The notes beneath the pieces were generated by a model. The model was not told the origin of the DNA, made no database searches, and worked only from the letters and a program-made list of their open reading frames with translations. This document shows positions 1 to 9,038 of a DNA stretch of 64,000 nt, one piece after another. Within the stretch, counting starts at the first letter, position 1; the number at the start of each line of letters is the position of its first letter. Source of the stretch: Geminicoccaceae bacterium (GTDB lineage Bacteria; Pseudomonadota; Alphaproteobacteria; Geminicoccales; Geminicoccaceae); NCBI GenBank assembly GCA_020638465.1, contig JACKIM010000003.1, positions 34,675 through 98,674 on the forward strand, given 5' to 3'. The translations under genes were made by a program, and so were the position numbers.

Positions 1-1195
1 CGTCGAGGACCTGCCGCTCGCTTCGGTGGTCAACCAGATGTATGCCGGCATCGACAGCTTCACCCTGCTGGCCGTTCCGTTTTTCATGTTGCTCGGGCGG
101 ATCCTCAACGCGGGTTCGATCACCAACCGCCTGCTTGAGGTCGCCGATGCGACGGTCGGGCACGTCCGCGGCGGGCTGGGGCATGTCAACGTGTTCGTGT
201 CGATGATCTTCGCCTCGCTGTCCGGTTCGGCCGCGGCCGATACGGCGAGCGTCGGCTCGATCCTCATCCCGGCCATGAAGAAAGCCGGCTATGCCCCGGC
301 CTTTGCGGTGGCATTGACAGCGGCTTCCTCGACACTTGGCGTCATCATTCCACCGTCCATCATCCTCATCGTATACGGTGCGTTCGGCAATGTTTCCATA
401 GGCGCACTGTTCCTCGGCGGTGTCGTTCCGGGCATGCTGATCGGCCTGTCGATGATGGGCTACACCTACATACTTGCCCGGAAATACGACTATCCCGCCA
501 ACCCCTTCCCCGGTGCGCGCAAGCTCGTCGGCGTACTGGCGCGCGGGGCAGCGCCTCTGTTGATCCCCGTGCTGGTCCTGGGCGGTATCGTGGGCGGTCT
601 TTTCACACCGACCGAAGGGGCGATTGTCGCCGTCCTCTGGGCGTTGTTCCTTTCGCTGTTCGTCTATCGGGACATTCCCTGGAAAAGCCTGCCGGCCCTG
701 CTTTCGGCTGCCGTCATCGATTTCGCCATTCCCATGTTCACCGTCGCCAGTGCCGGCATTTTCGGCTGGATGATCGCCTATCTGGGCGCGGCGGACATCG
801 TCGTGTCGTTCATCCTCGGCATCACCGACAATGGCTATCTGATCATGCTGATGCTGATCGGCTTCCTTCTCCTGGTGGGAATGGTTCTCAATCCGATATC
901 GGCAACGCTGATCTTCCTTCCCGTCATCCAGTCCCTGGCCACGGTTGCCGGCGTCGATCCGGTGCACATGGGGATCGTCAGTACCATCACCCTGTCGGTG
1001 GGATTGATCACGCCACCTTATGGCATCTGCCTCCTGATCGCCTCGCAGATCGGTGAGGTACAGCTGGGTCGCGCCATGCTCGCCGCCGCCCCCATCTGCC
1101 TGCTGACGATTCTGGTCGCCGTGATCTCCCTTTTCGTGCCCGATCTGGTGCTGGGCTTGCCCAAGCTTCTCGTTCCCGAACTCTTTCGCAGCTGA
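1..1195 (+). CDS. TRAP transporter large permease (DctM family), 5'-truncated by window edge
   Basis: Frame is open from nt 2 (track ORF 26..1195). Polytopic hydrophobic protein with DctM-type motifs LLAVPFFMLLGRILN and FASLSGSAAADTASVGSILIPAMKKAGY. Confidence 0.9.
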   Translation, partial: VEDLPLASVVNQMYAGIDSFTLLAVPFFMLLGRILNAGSITNRLLEVADATVGHVRGGLGHVNVFVSMIFASLSGSAAADTASVGSILIPAMKKAGYAPAFAVALTAASSTLGVIIPPSIILIVYGAFGNVSIGALFLGGVVPGMLIGLSMMGYTYILARKYDYPANPFPGARKLVGVLARGAAPLLIPVLVLGGIVGGLFTPTEGAIVAVLWALFLSLFVYRDIPWKSLPALLSAAVIDFAIPMFTVASAGIFGWMIAYLGAADIVVSFILGITDNGYLIMLMLIGFLLLVGMVLNPISATLIFLPVIQSLATVAGVDPVHMGIVSTITLSVGLITPPYGICLLIASQIGEVQLGRAMLAAAPICLLTILVAVISLFVPDLVLGLPKLLVPELFRS

Positions 1196-1210
1196 CACAG
1201 GAGACTGACC

Positions 1211-2152
1211 ATGGCTCACATCAAACCCAAAGGCTCGTTCGTCGCCCTTGTGACGCCGATGAACCACGATGGCAGCATCGACTTCGAGGGCTTTCGCACA
1301 TTGCTCGACTGGCATGCCGAGAACGGTACCGAAGCGGTATTGATCATGGGTTCGACCGGCGAGGTCTCCATGCTTTCCGCCGAGGAACGCAGGGAGATCA
1401 TCAGCCGCACGGTGAAGATGAAGCCCGGCAACATGCTCATGTATTACGGCATCACCGGCAACAATACCGCCACGACCATCGAATATGCCCGTTTCGCCAA
1501 GGCGGAGGGTGCCGATGGCGCCATCATGGCCGCTCCCGCCTATATCTGCGCCGACAATGCCGCGATCACCGACTATGCGCTCGAAGTGCTCGACAGCACC
1601 GATCTGGCCATGGGTTTCTACAACAATCCGCCACGGGTGAAGACCGACCTGCACTGGAACGACCTGCTGAAGCTGGCCGATCATCCCAACATGGTCGTCC
1701 TCAAGGAATCGACGACCCGCGTCGGTCAGGTCGCCCAGGTCTGTGCAGCCAGGCCCGACATGTCGATCATGTGCTGCTGTTCCCCCAATCTGGGGCTGGT
1801 GATCCCGACCATGGCACTGGGTGGTCACGGTACCGCCAACATGACGGGCAACATCATTCCCCGGGAAATGGCCGTCATTTCCAAGCCCTGGGCCGACGGT
1901 ACGGATGCCTTTGCCTGCCGTGAGGCGTGGCTGGAGAACCTGCCCATGCTGCACTTCGCCTATTCCACCATCAATCCGGTGTCGATCAAGACCCTCATGC
2001 GGGCTGTGGGTCTGCCTGCCGGCCCGCTGCGCAAGCCGCTTCAGCCCGCTTCGGCGCCCGTGCTGCAAGCCGGCCTCGACGCTTTCGAGACACTGGGCCT
2101 CGGTAAAAAATATGGCCTGCGGATGGACCGGAACGCGATTGCTGCCGAGTGA
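1211..2152 (+). CDS. Dihydrodipicolinate synthase/N-acetylneuraminate lyase family (class I aldolase) protein
   Basis: 313 aa. DapA-family motifs LIMGSTGE and candidate Schiff-base lysine in VVLKESTT. SD-like caggagac lies before the ATG. Confidence 0.85.
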   Translation: MAHIKPKGSFVALVTPMNHDGSIDFEGFRTLLDWHAENGTEAVLIMGSTGEVSMLSAEERREIISRTVKMKPGNMLMYYGITGNNTATTIEYARFAKAEGADGAIMAAPAYICADNAAITDYALEVLDSTDLAMGFYNNPPRVKTDLHWNDLLKLADHPNMVVLKESTTRVGQVAQVCAARPDMSIMCCCSPNLGLVIPTMALGGHGTANMTGNIIPREMAVISKPWADGTDAFACREAWLENLPMLHFAYSTINPVSIKTLMRAVGLPAGPLRKPLQPASAPVLQAGLDAFETLGLGKKYGLRMDRNAIAAE

Positions 2153-2156
2153 TCAC

Positions 2157-4400
2157 ATGAGTATCCAGCGCCGGCTGAGCCTGTGTCACTGGGGTGCCTT
2201 CACCGCGAGCGTGGGAAATGGCAGGCTCGTCGAGGCTGTCCCCATGGACGGTAGCGGCGCCGATCCCGTGATGATCGGGCGTTGGCCGGAACTGGTCCAT
2301 TCGCACCTGCGCATCGACCGCCCGCATGTGCGCCGCCGCTTTCTCGAACAAGGCGCGGCAGCGGGCGGCGAGGGACGCGGCAGCGACGAGATGGTGCCTG
2401 TCGACTGGGACACGGCGCTCGATCTGGTGGCGAGCGAAATTGCGCGCATCCATGAAACGTTCGGTCCACAGGCAATCTTTGGTGGTTCCTATGGCTGGTC
2501 GAGTGCAGGCCGGTTCCACCATGCCCGCACGCAAGTCCGGCGTTTTCTTGCCTCTGCCGGAGGGTTCACCGATCAGGTCGGCAATTACTCGTGGGGGGCC
2601 GCGCACGCCTTGCTGCCGCATGTCCTGGGATCGGCGGAAGCCGTTTCGGGGGCGGCCACCGGGTGGGAGAGTATCGCCGGTTCTACTGACACACTGGTGG
2701 CCTTTGGCGGGCTCAATCCCAAGAACTGGCGGGTGACGTCGGGCGGCGCCGGGTTCCACCGCATGCCCGAAGCCGTGGTTGAAGCCGCCCGGAACGGGGT
2801 GAAATTCATCATCGTCTCACCCCATGCCGACGATGTTCCCGACGGCATCGACGCGCTGACGATCCGGCCACGGCCCAACAGCGATACCGCGATCATGCTG
2901 GCACTCGCCCGCGAGGCCCTTGTCAGCGGGCGGGCCGACCTGCCCTTTCTCCAGCACTACACCGTGGGCCATGAGCAACTGGCCGACTATCTGCATGGCC
3001 GGATGGACGGAGTAGACAAAACACTGGAGTGGGCGGCAACCATTGCCGATGTTCCACATTCCACGCTTCGGGAATTGTGGCATCGAATCCGGAATGGCCG
3101 GGTGATGCTCACCGCGACGTGGTCCCTGCAACGTTCCCAATATGGCGAACAGCCCTATTGGGCACTCATCGCGCTTGCCGCCATGCTCGGCCAGATCGGC
3201 TTGCCGGGCGGCGGCTTCTGCTTCGGTTACGGTTCGCTCAACGCCGTGGGTGCGCGGGCGCGCAAGGGCTTCGTGCCTGCCATGCCCGCCATTTCCAACC
3301 CCGCAAACAGCGCCATTCCGGCAGCATCCATCCTCGACTGCCTTGCCCATCCGGGGAAGATCATCGCCTTCAACGGCAACACCCTCACCTTCCCTGACAT
3401 CCGCCTCGTCTACTGGGCGGGCGGCAATCCCTTCCACCATGCCCAGGACCTGTTCGCCCTCGATGCCGCGTGGCGTCGGCCGCAGACCGTGATCGTCAAC
3501 GAGCCATGGTGGACACCCGCCGCCCGCCGCGCCGACATCGTCCTGCCGGCCACCACATCGGCGGAACGCAACGATATCGGCGGCACTTCGCGTGACCCCC
3601 ATGTCTTCGCCATGCCCCGTCTCGTGCCGCCGCAGGGCGAGGCACGAGACGACTTCACCATTTTCGCGGCTCTGGCCGAGCGCCTCGGTTGCCACCAGAC
3701 GTTCACGGATGGACTCGACGAGCAGGGCTGGCTCACCCGGTTGTGGGTGGCGAACGAGGCCCGTGCGACCACCGCCGGCATCGACATTCCAAGTCTTGGC
3801 GAGCTCTTCGCCAAGGGGTGCTGGCGAGTACCGCCGCCGGACGGACCCGAAGTGATGCTGGCGGGATTCCGCGCCGATCCGGACGCTGTGCCACTTGCAA
3901 CGCCATCCGGCCGCATCGAGCTGTTCAGCGCCACGATCGCCGGCTTCGGCCTCGATGACGTACCGGGACATCCGGCGTGGATTGAGCCAGTCGAATGGCT
4001 GGGCCGGGCGGCAGCCGATGAACTGCATCTGGTGACCAACCAGCCGTCGCGGCAATTGCACAGCCAGTTGTTCCAGACCCGGACCGACAATGGCCCGGCG
4101 CAGGTCGACATCGCGCCGTCCGATGCCGCAGCACGCGGGATCGGCAACGGTGCGCAGGTGCGGCTGTTCAATCGTCGTGGCGCGTGTCTGGCACAGGCGC
4201 ATGTCAATCATGGCCTGCGTCCGGGTGTGCTGGCGATGCCGACGGGCGCATGGTTCGCCCCCGATCCCGCCCGGCCGCATCTCGAACGCAACGGCAATCC
4301 CAACGTGCTCACATCGTCCCGGACGACATCGGGCCTTGGTCAGGGATGCGCTGCCCTGAGCACGCTGGTGCGGATCGAGCCCTGGAATGTGGAAGGATAG
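2157..4400 (+). CDS. Molybdopterin oxidoreductase, cytoplasmic BisC/TorZ-like S-/N-oxide reductase family
   Basis: Track ORF 1905..4400 trimmed to the in-frame ATG at 2157, 5 nt after the upstream stop. N-terminus MSIQRRLSLCHWGAF resembles BisC. No Tat signal and no N-terminal Fe-S Cys cluster seen. About 747 aa. Confidence 0.85.
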   Translation: MSIQRRLSLCHWGAFTASVGNGRLVEAVPMDGSGADPVMIGRWPELVHSHLRIDRPHVRRRFLEQGAAAGGEGRGSDEMVPVDWDTALDLVASEIARIHETFGPQAIFGGSYGWSSAGRFHHARTQVRRFLASAGGFTDQVGNYSWGAAHALLPHVLGSAEAVSGAATGWESIAGSTDTLVAFGGLNPKNWRVTSGGAGFHRMPEAVVEAARNGVKFIIVSPHADDVPDGIDALTIRPRPNSDTAIMLALAREALVSGRADLPFLQHYTVGHEQLADYLHGRMDGVDKTLEWAATIADVPHSTLRELWHRIRNGRVMLTATWSLQRSQYGEQPYWALIALAAMLGQIGLPGGGFCFGYGSLNAVGARARKGFVPAMPAISNPANSAIPAASILDCLAHPGKIIAFNGNTLTFPDIRLVYWAGGNPFHHAQDLFALDAAWRRPQTVIVNEPWWTPAARRADIVLPATTSAERNDIGGTSRDPHVFAMPRLVPPQGEARDDFTIFAALAERLGCHQTFTDGLDEQGWLTRLWVANEARATTAGIDIPSLGELFAKGCWRVPPPDGPEVMLAGFRADPDAVPLATPSGRIELFSATIAGFGLDDVPGHPAWIEPVEWLGRAAADELHLVTNQPSRQLHSQLFQTRTDNGPAQVDIAPSDAAARGIGNGAQVRLFNRRGACLAQAHVNHGLRPGVLAMPTGAWFAPDPARPHLERNGNPNVLTSSRTTSGLGQGCAALSTLVRIEPWNVEG

Positions 4401-4406
4401 AACGCA

Positions 4407-5186
4407 ATGGATATGGGGATTGCCGGCAGGCGGGCCTTGTTGACGGGAGCAAGCAGGGGCATGGGCCTCGCCTGCGCGACGGCACTCGCCGGCGAAGGTG
4501 TCGAAGTGACGATCGTTGCCCGCAACGAGGAGACCCTGTGCCGTGCTGCCCGGCACATCGAGGTCGCGACGGGCACGCGGGTGGCCTTCGTCGCCGCCGA
4601 CATCACCACCGACGAGGGTCGTCGCAAGGCCCTTGGCGCCTGCCCGCAACCGGACATCCTACTCAACAATGCGGGAGGTTTCCCGCCCGGCGATTTTCGC
4701 GACTGGGACAGAAACACCTGGATCGCCGCCATCGACCTCATGATGCTGCCTCCCATCCTCATGATCCGCGAGGTCTTTGACGGAATGATGGAGCGCGGCT
4801 TCGGCCGCATCGTCAACATCGCCTCGCGCAGCGTGAAGATCGCGCAGCCGGAAATGGGGCTTTCCAACGGCGCACGTTCGGGCCTCGTGGGGTTCATGGC
4901 GGGTATTGCACGGGCCGGGACATATCGCGGCGTAACGGTCAACACGCTCCTGCCGGGCATCTTCGATACCGATGCACAGCGCGATCACGTGGCGGCACTT
5001 GCCGCCGAAACGGGGCGCGGTTTCGACGAGATCTGGAACGAGCGCGCTGCTGGCAATCCCGCCCGCCGCTATGGCCGTGCCGAAGAAATTGCCGCCTACT
5101 TCACCTTCCTCTGCTCGGTTCACGCGGGTTTCATCACCGGCCAGAACCTCATGATCGACGGCGGCAGCTATCCCGGAACCTATTGA
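4407..5186 (+). CDS. SDR family oxidoreductase
   Basis: 259 aa. Rossmann motif [12 protein letters not shown] motif, typical SDR length. Confidence 0.85.
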   Translation: MDMGIAGRRALLTGASRGMGLACATALAGEGVEVTIVARNEETLCRAARHIEVATGTRVAFVAADITTDEGRRKALGACPQPDILLNNAGGFPPGDFRDWDRNTWIAAIDLMMLPPILMIREVFDGMMERGFGRIVNIASRSVKIAQPEMGLSNGARSGLVGFMAGIARAGTYRGVTVNTLLPGIFDTDAQRDHVAALAAETGRGFDEIWNERAAGNPARRYGRAEEIAAYFTFLCSVHAGFITGQNLMIDGGSYPGTY

Positions 5187-6316
5187 TGAGCGGTATCGGA
5201 TCCTGCTGCTGCCCTCAGCTCGCCCCGCTGCCGGTTTCGGCAGATCGCGACTGGGCACACCAAGCTATCGACCTCCTTCAGGGCGATGCCCGCCGGTCGG
5301 CGGACACCCATCTGGTCAAGCCGGTCTTCCCCGGCCTGTCCGGCATCTCGATCTACCTGAAGGATGAGAGCACCCATCCAACCGGAAGCCTCAAGCACCG
5401 GCTGGCCCGCTCCCTGTTCCTCTACGGCATCTGCAACGGCAGCATCGGACCGCGCACGACACTGGTCGAGGCATCATCCGGTTCCACGGCGGTTTCCGAG
5501 GCCTATTTTGCCCATCTGCTCGGATTGCCGTTCATCGCCGTGACGCCGGCGTCGACGAGCACCGCCAAGATCACCGCCATCGAGCGTTTCGGCGGACGTT
5601 GCCATCTGGTTGCGTCACCCGCCGCAGTCTATGGCGAGGCCGCGCGCATCGCACATGAAACCAGCGGCCATTATCTCGACCAGTTCACCTATGCCGAACG
5701 CGCCACTGACTGGCGTGGTAACAACAATATCGCCGAGAGTATCTTTGGGCAGATGGAAGGCGAGACCCACCCCGTTCCGGACTGGGTGGTCATGAGCGCC
5801 GGTACCGGCGGCACATCGGCGACGCTGGGCCGCTACATCCGTTATCGCAAGCTGGCGAGCCGGCTCTGCGTTGTCGACGTCGAGAACTCGACCTTCTACG
5901 AAAGCTGGTGTCGACGCGACCGGTCGCTGACCTGTGCCCTGCCATCGCGCATCGAGGGGATAGGCCGTCCGCGGGTCGAGCCTTCCTTCATCCCCGAAGT
6001 CATCGACCACATGATCCGGGTGCCCGACGCGGCTTCTCTGGCTGCGGCACACATCCTTTCGGAGCGATTGTTCCGCAGGGTCGGCGGTTCCACCGGGACA
6101 AATTTCTTCGGCATGTTGTGGATCGCCGCGAACATGCTGCGCGACGGCCGCCCGGGCTCGCTCGTGTCGCTCATCTGCGACAGCGGCGACCGCTACGGCT
6201 CCACCTATTTCAATCCGGACTGGCTGGACGCCAACGGCCTCGACCTCGCCCCCTGGAAGGCGATGATCGAGACGTTCCTGGACACGGGCATATGGAACCA
6301 GCCCGCCACCCGATGA
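5186..6316 (+). CDS. PLP-dependent fold-type II enzyme (cysteine synthase/CBS-like family)
   Basis: ATG at 5186 overlaps the SDR stop (TGATG). PLP-lysine motif [11 protein letters not shown] and glycine loop [10 protein letters not shown]. Confidence 0.8.
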   Translation: MSGIGSCCCPQLAPLPVSADRDWAHQAIDLLQGDARRSADTHLVKPVFPGLSGISIYLKDESTHPTGSLKHRLARSLFLYGICNGSIGPRTTLVEASSGSTAVSEAYFAHLLGLPFIAVTPASTSTAKITAIERFGGRCHLVASPAAVYGEAARIAHETSGHYLDQFTYAERATDWRGNNNIAESIFGQMEGETHPVPDWVVMSAGTGGTSATLGRYIRYRKLASRLCVVDVENSTFYESWCRRDRSLTCALPSRIEGIGRPRVEPSFIPEVIDHMIRVPDAASLAAAHILSERLFRRVGGSTGTNFFGMLWIAANMLRDGRPGSLVSLICDSGDRYGSTYFNPDWLDANGLDLAPWKAMIETFLDTGIWNQPATR

Positions 6317-6330
6317 CTTCACGAGCCGCT

Positions 6331-6672
6331 TCAGCCTGCATCATGTTCCGGGTCGAGGTCGATTTCGAGGTCGAGCAGGGGCGGGTATTGCTGCGCACCG
6401 AAGATGTCGGCGTCACCGGGGCTGCCTGACGGGCGCTCGCGGCGAATCGTGAACTTGATCGCCATGGCCGGATCGAAGGTGACGAAATCCGTGATCTGCT
6501 CCGGTGGCACGCCGAACAGCCGCTCGACCCTTTCGCGCGTCAGGCTGCCGCTGTCGCGCACCTTCTCGTAGATATCGCGGTCGGTGAAGATGATATCGAA
6601 GGTGATCTTGTCGACGCCCGCATTCTTGCTGCGCACGGTCTTTGCGAGATCCTTGAGATAGTGCCTGGTCAT
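6331..6672 (-). CDS. DUF4387 domain protein (small partner of AtuA-family proteins)
   Basis: 113 aa, located 2 nt downstream of the AtuA-like gene. Sequence pattern KNAGVDKITFDIIF...FDP recognised as DUF4387 from memory. Confidence 0.7.
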   Translation of the reverse strand: MTRHYLKDLAKTVRSKNAGVDKITFDIIFTDRDIYEKVRDSGSLTRERVERLFGVPPEQITDFVTFDPAMAIKFTIRRERPSGSPGDADIFGAQQYPPLLDLEIDLDPEHDAG

Positions 6673-6674
6673 TG

Positions 6675-8033
6675 TCAGCCGCCGATCGTGGTGATGTGGG
6701 TCGGGAAGAGTTCCATGGGATCATCTACGGCGATGGTGTGGTTCAGGGTCCAGCGATAGCCGGCGCTGGCCCGCACCACCTCGTCGAGCGGGAACGCGAC
6801 GGACCCCGCCGTGCCCTTCACGTCGGGCAGCCGGGCATAGAACATCTGCCGGGTTCCGGTCATCGTCACCTCTTCGGCCATCTCGGATGTCGGAGCGACA
6901 CCCTGGACGAGTATGCACAGCTCGTGGGCCGGCGTCCTGACCGGCTCCATCGTCCCCATCACGCCGTTGCGGCCATAGACCGTGTAATGCAGCTCGTAGC
7001 CCGCGGTGCCGAAGCGCTCCTCGACCTGGTGTCTGGCCCAGCCGATCACCTCGTCGACATGGGCGATCGTGTAGGGATCGCGGATCCCCACCAGTCCGAT
7101 ATAGCGCTCGCCCACCTTGCCCGATCCCTCCAGCTTGACCCGCACCCGGTCGGCATGATGGAACACCTGTCCGGTCACGCGGGTCGTCTTTTCGGAGACT
7201 TGTTCGTAATGGCACCGGCTCATGTCCAGCACGCCGCCGGCCACATGTTCGAGGAACGGGTTCGAGCGCTCATACATCGCGTGACCGGCCACCGAAGCTA
7301 TCGTGCAGCGTTGGTCCGGGTGCATCGCGGTGATGTGAACGCCATCGGACCGCACCTCGCCCATGACGGTTTCCTTGGCTCCATAGGGCTCCGCACAGAA
7401 GGAGGCACATTCCAGCGCCTTGCCCAGGAAGTAGGCATCCGCCTCCGCAGCTCCCCTGAAGATTGCCGGTGCGGCAAAGACCACGCAATCCGACGACCGC
7501 CCGCCAATGATGACATCGGCTCCCTTGCGCAGCAGATCGAGATAGGGATGGACACCTGCCACCGCGACGATGCGATCGGTCGCGTCCAGTTCCGCTTCGC
7601 TCAGCGCATCGCGCCCGTCCAGTCCCTCCACAGGCTCCTGCGAGCGGATGGCAGCACGGACCCTCTCCCTGTCGACCCCGCTGTAGAAATGGCCGAGTCT
7701 GAAGGGGGCAAGACCATGCTTGCGCGCGAGATCGCGAATGATATCGCAATACATGTCGACACGGCTGTCGGTGCCGGTATCGCCGGCGGAGCCGATGATC
7801 ATCGGTACCCCGATCCTCCTGGACGCCAGCAGCATGTCCTCAAGATCGCGGGTCTGCCACGCCTTCGGACTGGCGCAGGTGTCCGAACCGAGTGGTACCG
7901 GACCCACGTCATCGCTGCCGCTATCGGCGGCAATGAAATCGGGGCCCGCGTCGACACCGATATGGAAGCTTTCAGGCTTGAGCGGCGCGAAGCCCAGATG
8001 GCCATTGGGGCAGATGATCTTGACAAGGCTCAT
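6675..8033 (-). CDS. AtuA-family protein (DUF1446, acyclic terpene utilisation AtuA-like)
   Basis: 452 aa. N-terminus MSLVKIICPNGHLGFAP...IAADSGSDDVGP and length typical of DUF1446. Paired with DUF4387, as is usual for this family. Confidence 0.75.
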   Translation of the reverse strand: MSLVKIICPNGHLGFAPLKPESFHIGVDAGPDFIAADSGSDDVGPVPLGSDTCASPKAWQTRDLEDMLLASRRIGVPMIIGSAGDTGTDSRVDMYCDIIRDLARKHGLAPFRLGHFYSGVDRERVRAAIRSQEPVEGLDGRDALSEAELDATDRIVAVAGVHPYLDLLRKGADVIIGGRSSDCVVFAAPAIFRGAAEADAYFLGKALECASFCAEPYGAKETVMGEVRSDGVHITAMHPDQRCTIASVAGHAMYERSNPFLEHVAGGVLDMSRCHYEQVSEKTTRVTGQVFHHADRVRVKLEGSGKVGERYIGLVGIRDPYTIAHVDEVIGWARHQVEERFGTAGYELHYTVYGRNGVMGTMEPVRTPAHELCILVQGVAPTSEMAEEVTMTGTRQMFYARLPDVKGTAGSVAFPLDEVVRASAGYRWTLNHTIAVDDPMELFPTHITTIGG

Positions 8034-8063
8034 GTTTCTCTCATTCCCGATAGGCGGTTTTCT

Positions 8064-9038
8064 TCATGGGTCGAGCAATCGCAGCTTCCGCATCTGGTGG
8101 CGGAGGGCATGACGCGAAAGGCCGAGGCGTCTGGCCGCTTCTCCCGACCGACCGTTGGCGGCCTTGAGGGCATCGGCGATCAGGCGGCGCTGGAAGACCT
8201 CGGTGCGGACATGGAAATCGCCATGAGACGAGCCGTCGTCGATGCCTCCCCGCGGGCACGAACCCTCGACTTCGCGCATGATCCGCGGCGGGATATGACT
8301 GGCGAGGATGCAATCATCTTCTTCGAGCGCAATGATGCGTTCGATGAGATTCTCGAGTTCGCGAACATTCCCCGGCCACCGATGATATCGGAAAACCTCG
8401 ACGACCGACGGTTCCATGCCCTTGATGGTGCGGCCATAGATCCGCGAAAAGCGTTCGATGAAATGTTCCGCCAGCAGCAGCACGTCGTCGCCACGCTCAC
8501 GCAGCGGTGGCAGGTTGATGCTGATGACTTGCAGGCGGTAGTAGAGATCCTCGCGGAAATGTCCTGCCTTGACCTCGCCGAACAGGATCCGGTTGGTGGC
8601 CGCGACAAAGCGGACATCGGTGCCGATGGACTGCTCCGCGCCGATGCGGCGGAAGCGGGCCGTATCGAGCAGCGTCAACAGTTTGGCCTGGAGAACGCTG
8701 TCGAGTTCCCGGACTTCATCGAGAAACAGCGTTCCCTTGTCGGCAACCTCGATCAGACCGACACGTCGTCCGACGGCCCCGGTGAATGCGCCGCGCTCGT
8801 GCCCGAAGAGTTCCGATTCGAGCAGGCTCGCCGGAATGGCGGCACAATTGATGTCGACGAACTCGAAGGGTGCGCGCGAGGACAATTCGTGCAGGGCCCG
8901 GGCGACCAGCCCCTTGCCGGTTCCGGTCTCGCCGTAGATGAGAACGCAGCGGGCCGGGCTCGTGGCGATCTTGCGCACCAGCGCCCGCATGGCCTCGATC
9001 TCGCAGCTGTTGCCATGAATCCGGTCGAGTGCGCTCAA
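8064..9038 (-). CDS. Sigma-54-dependent transcriptional activator (bEBP) lacking any N-terminal sensory/receiver domain
   Basis: 324 aa. Walker A GETGTGKG, intact GAFTGA, Walker B LFLDEV, C-terminal Fis-type HTH AARRLGLSRHALRHQMRKL. The AAA+ core begins about 5 residues after the TTG start at 9038, which overlaps the upstream stop (TTGA). Confidence 0.9.
   Translation of the reverse strand: MSALDRIHGNSCEIEAMRALVRKIATSPARCVLIYGETGTGKGLVARALHELSSRAPFEFVDINCAAIPASLLESELFGHERGAFTGAVGRRVGLIEVADKGTLFLDEVRELDSVLQAKLLTLLDTARFRRIGAEQSIGTDVRFVAATNRILFGEVKAGHFREDLYYRLQVISINLPPLRERGDDVLLLAEHFIERFSRIYGRTIKGMEPSVVEVFRYHRWPGNVRELENLIERIIALEEDDCILASHIPPRIMREVEGSCPRGGIDDGSSHGDFHVRTEVFQRRLIADALKAANGRSGEAARRLGLSRHALRHQMRKLRLLDP

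Noticed and set aside
1905-2156. N-terminal extensions of track ORFs, for example 1905..4400, 10087..11532, 11076..12446, 16019..17653, 20256..22109, 27326..28735, 36664..37494 and 55638..56906
   Set aside because: Each extension overlaps the preceding gene in another frame. Internal starts with SD sequences or ATGA/TGATG coupling give proteins of normal family length, so the ORFs were trimmed to those starts.
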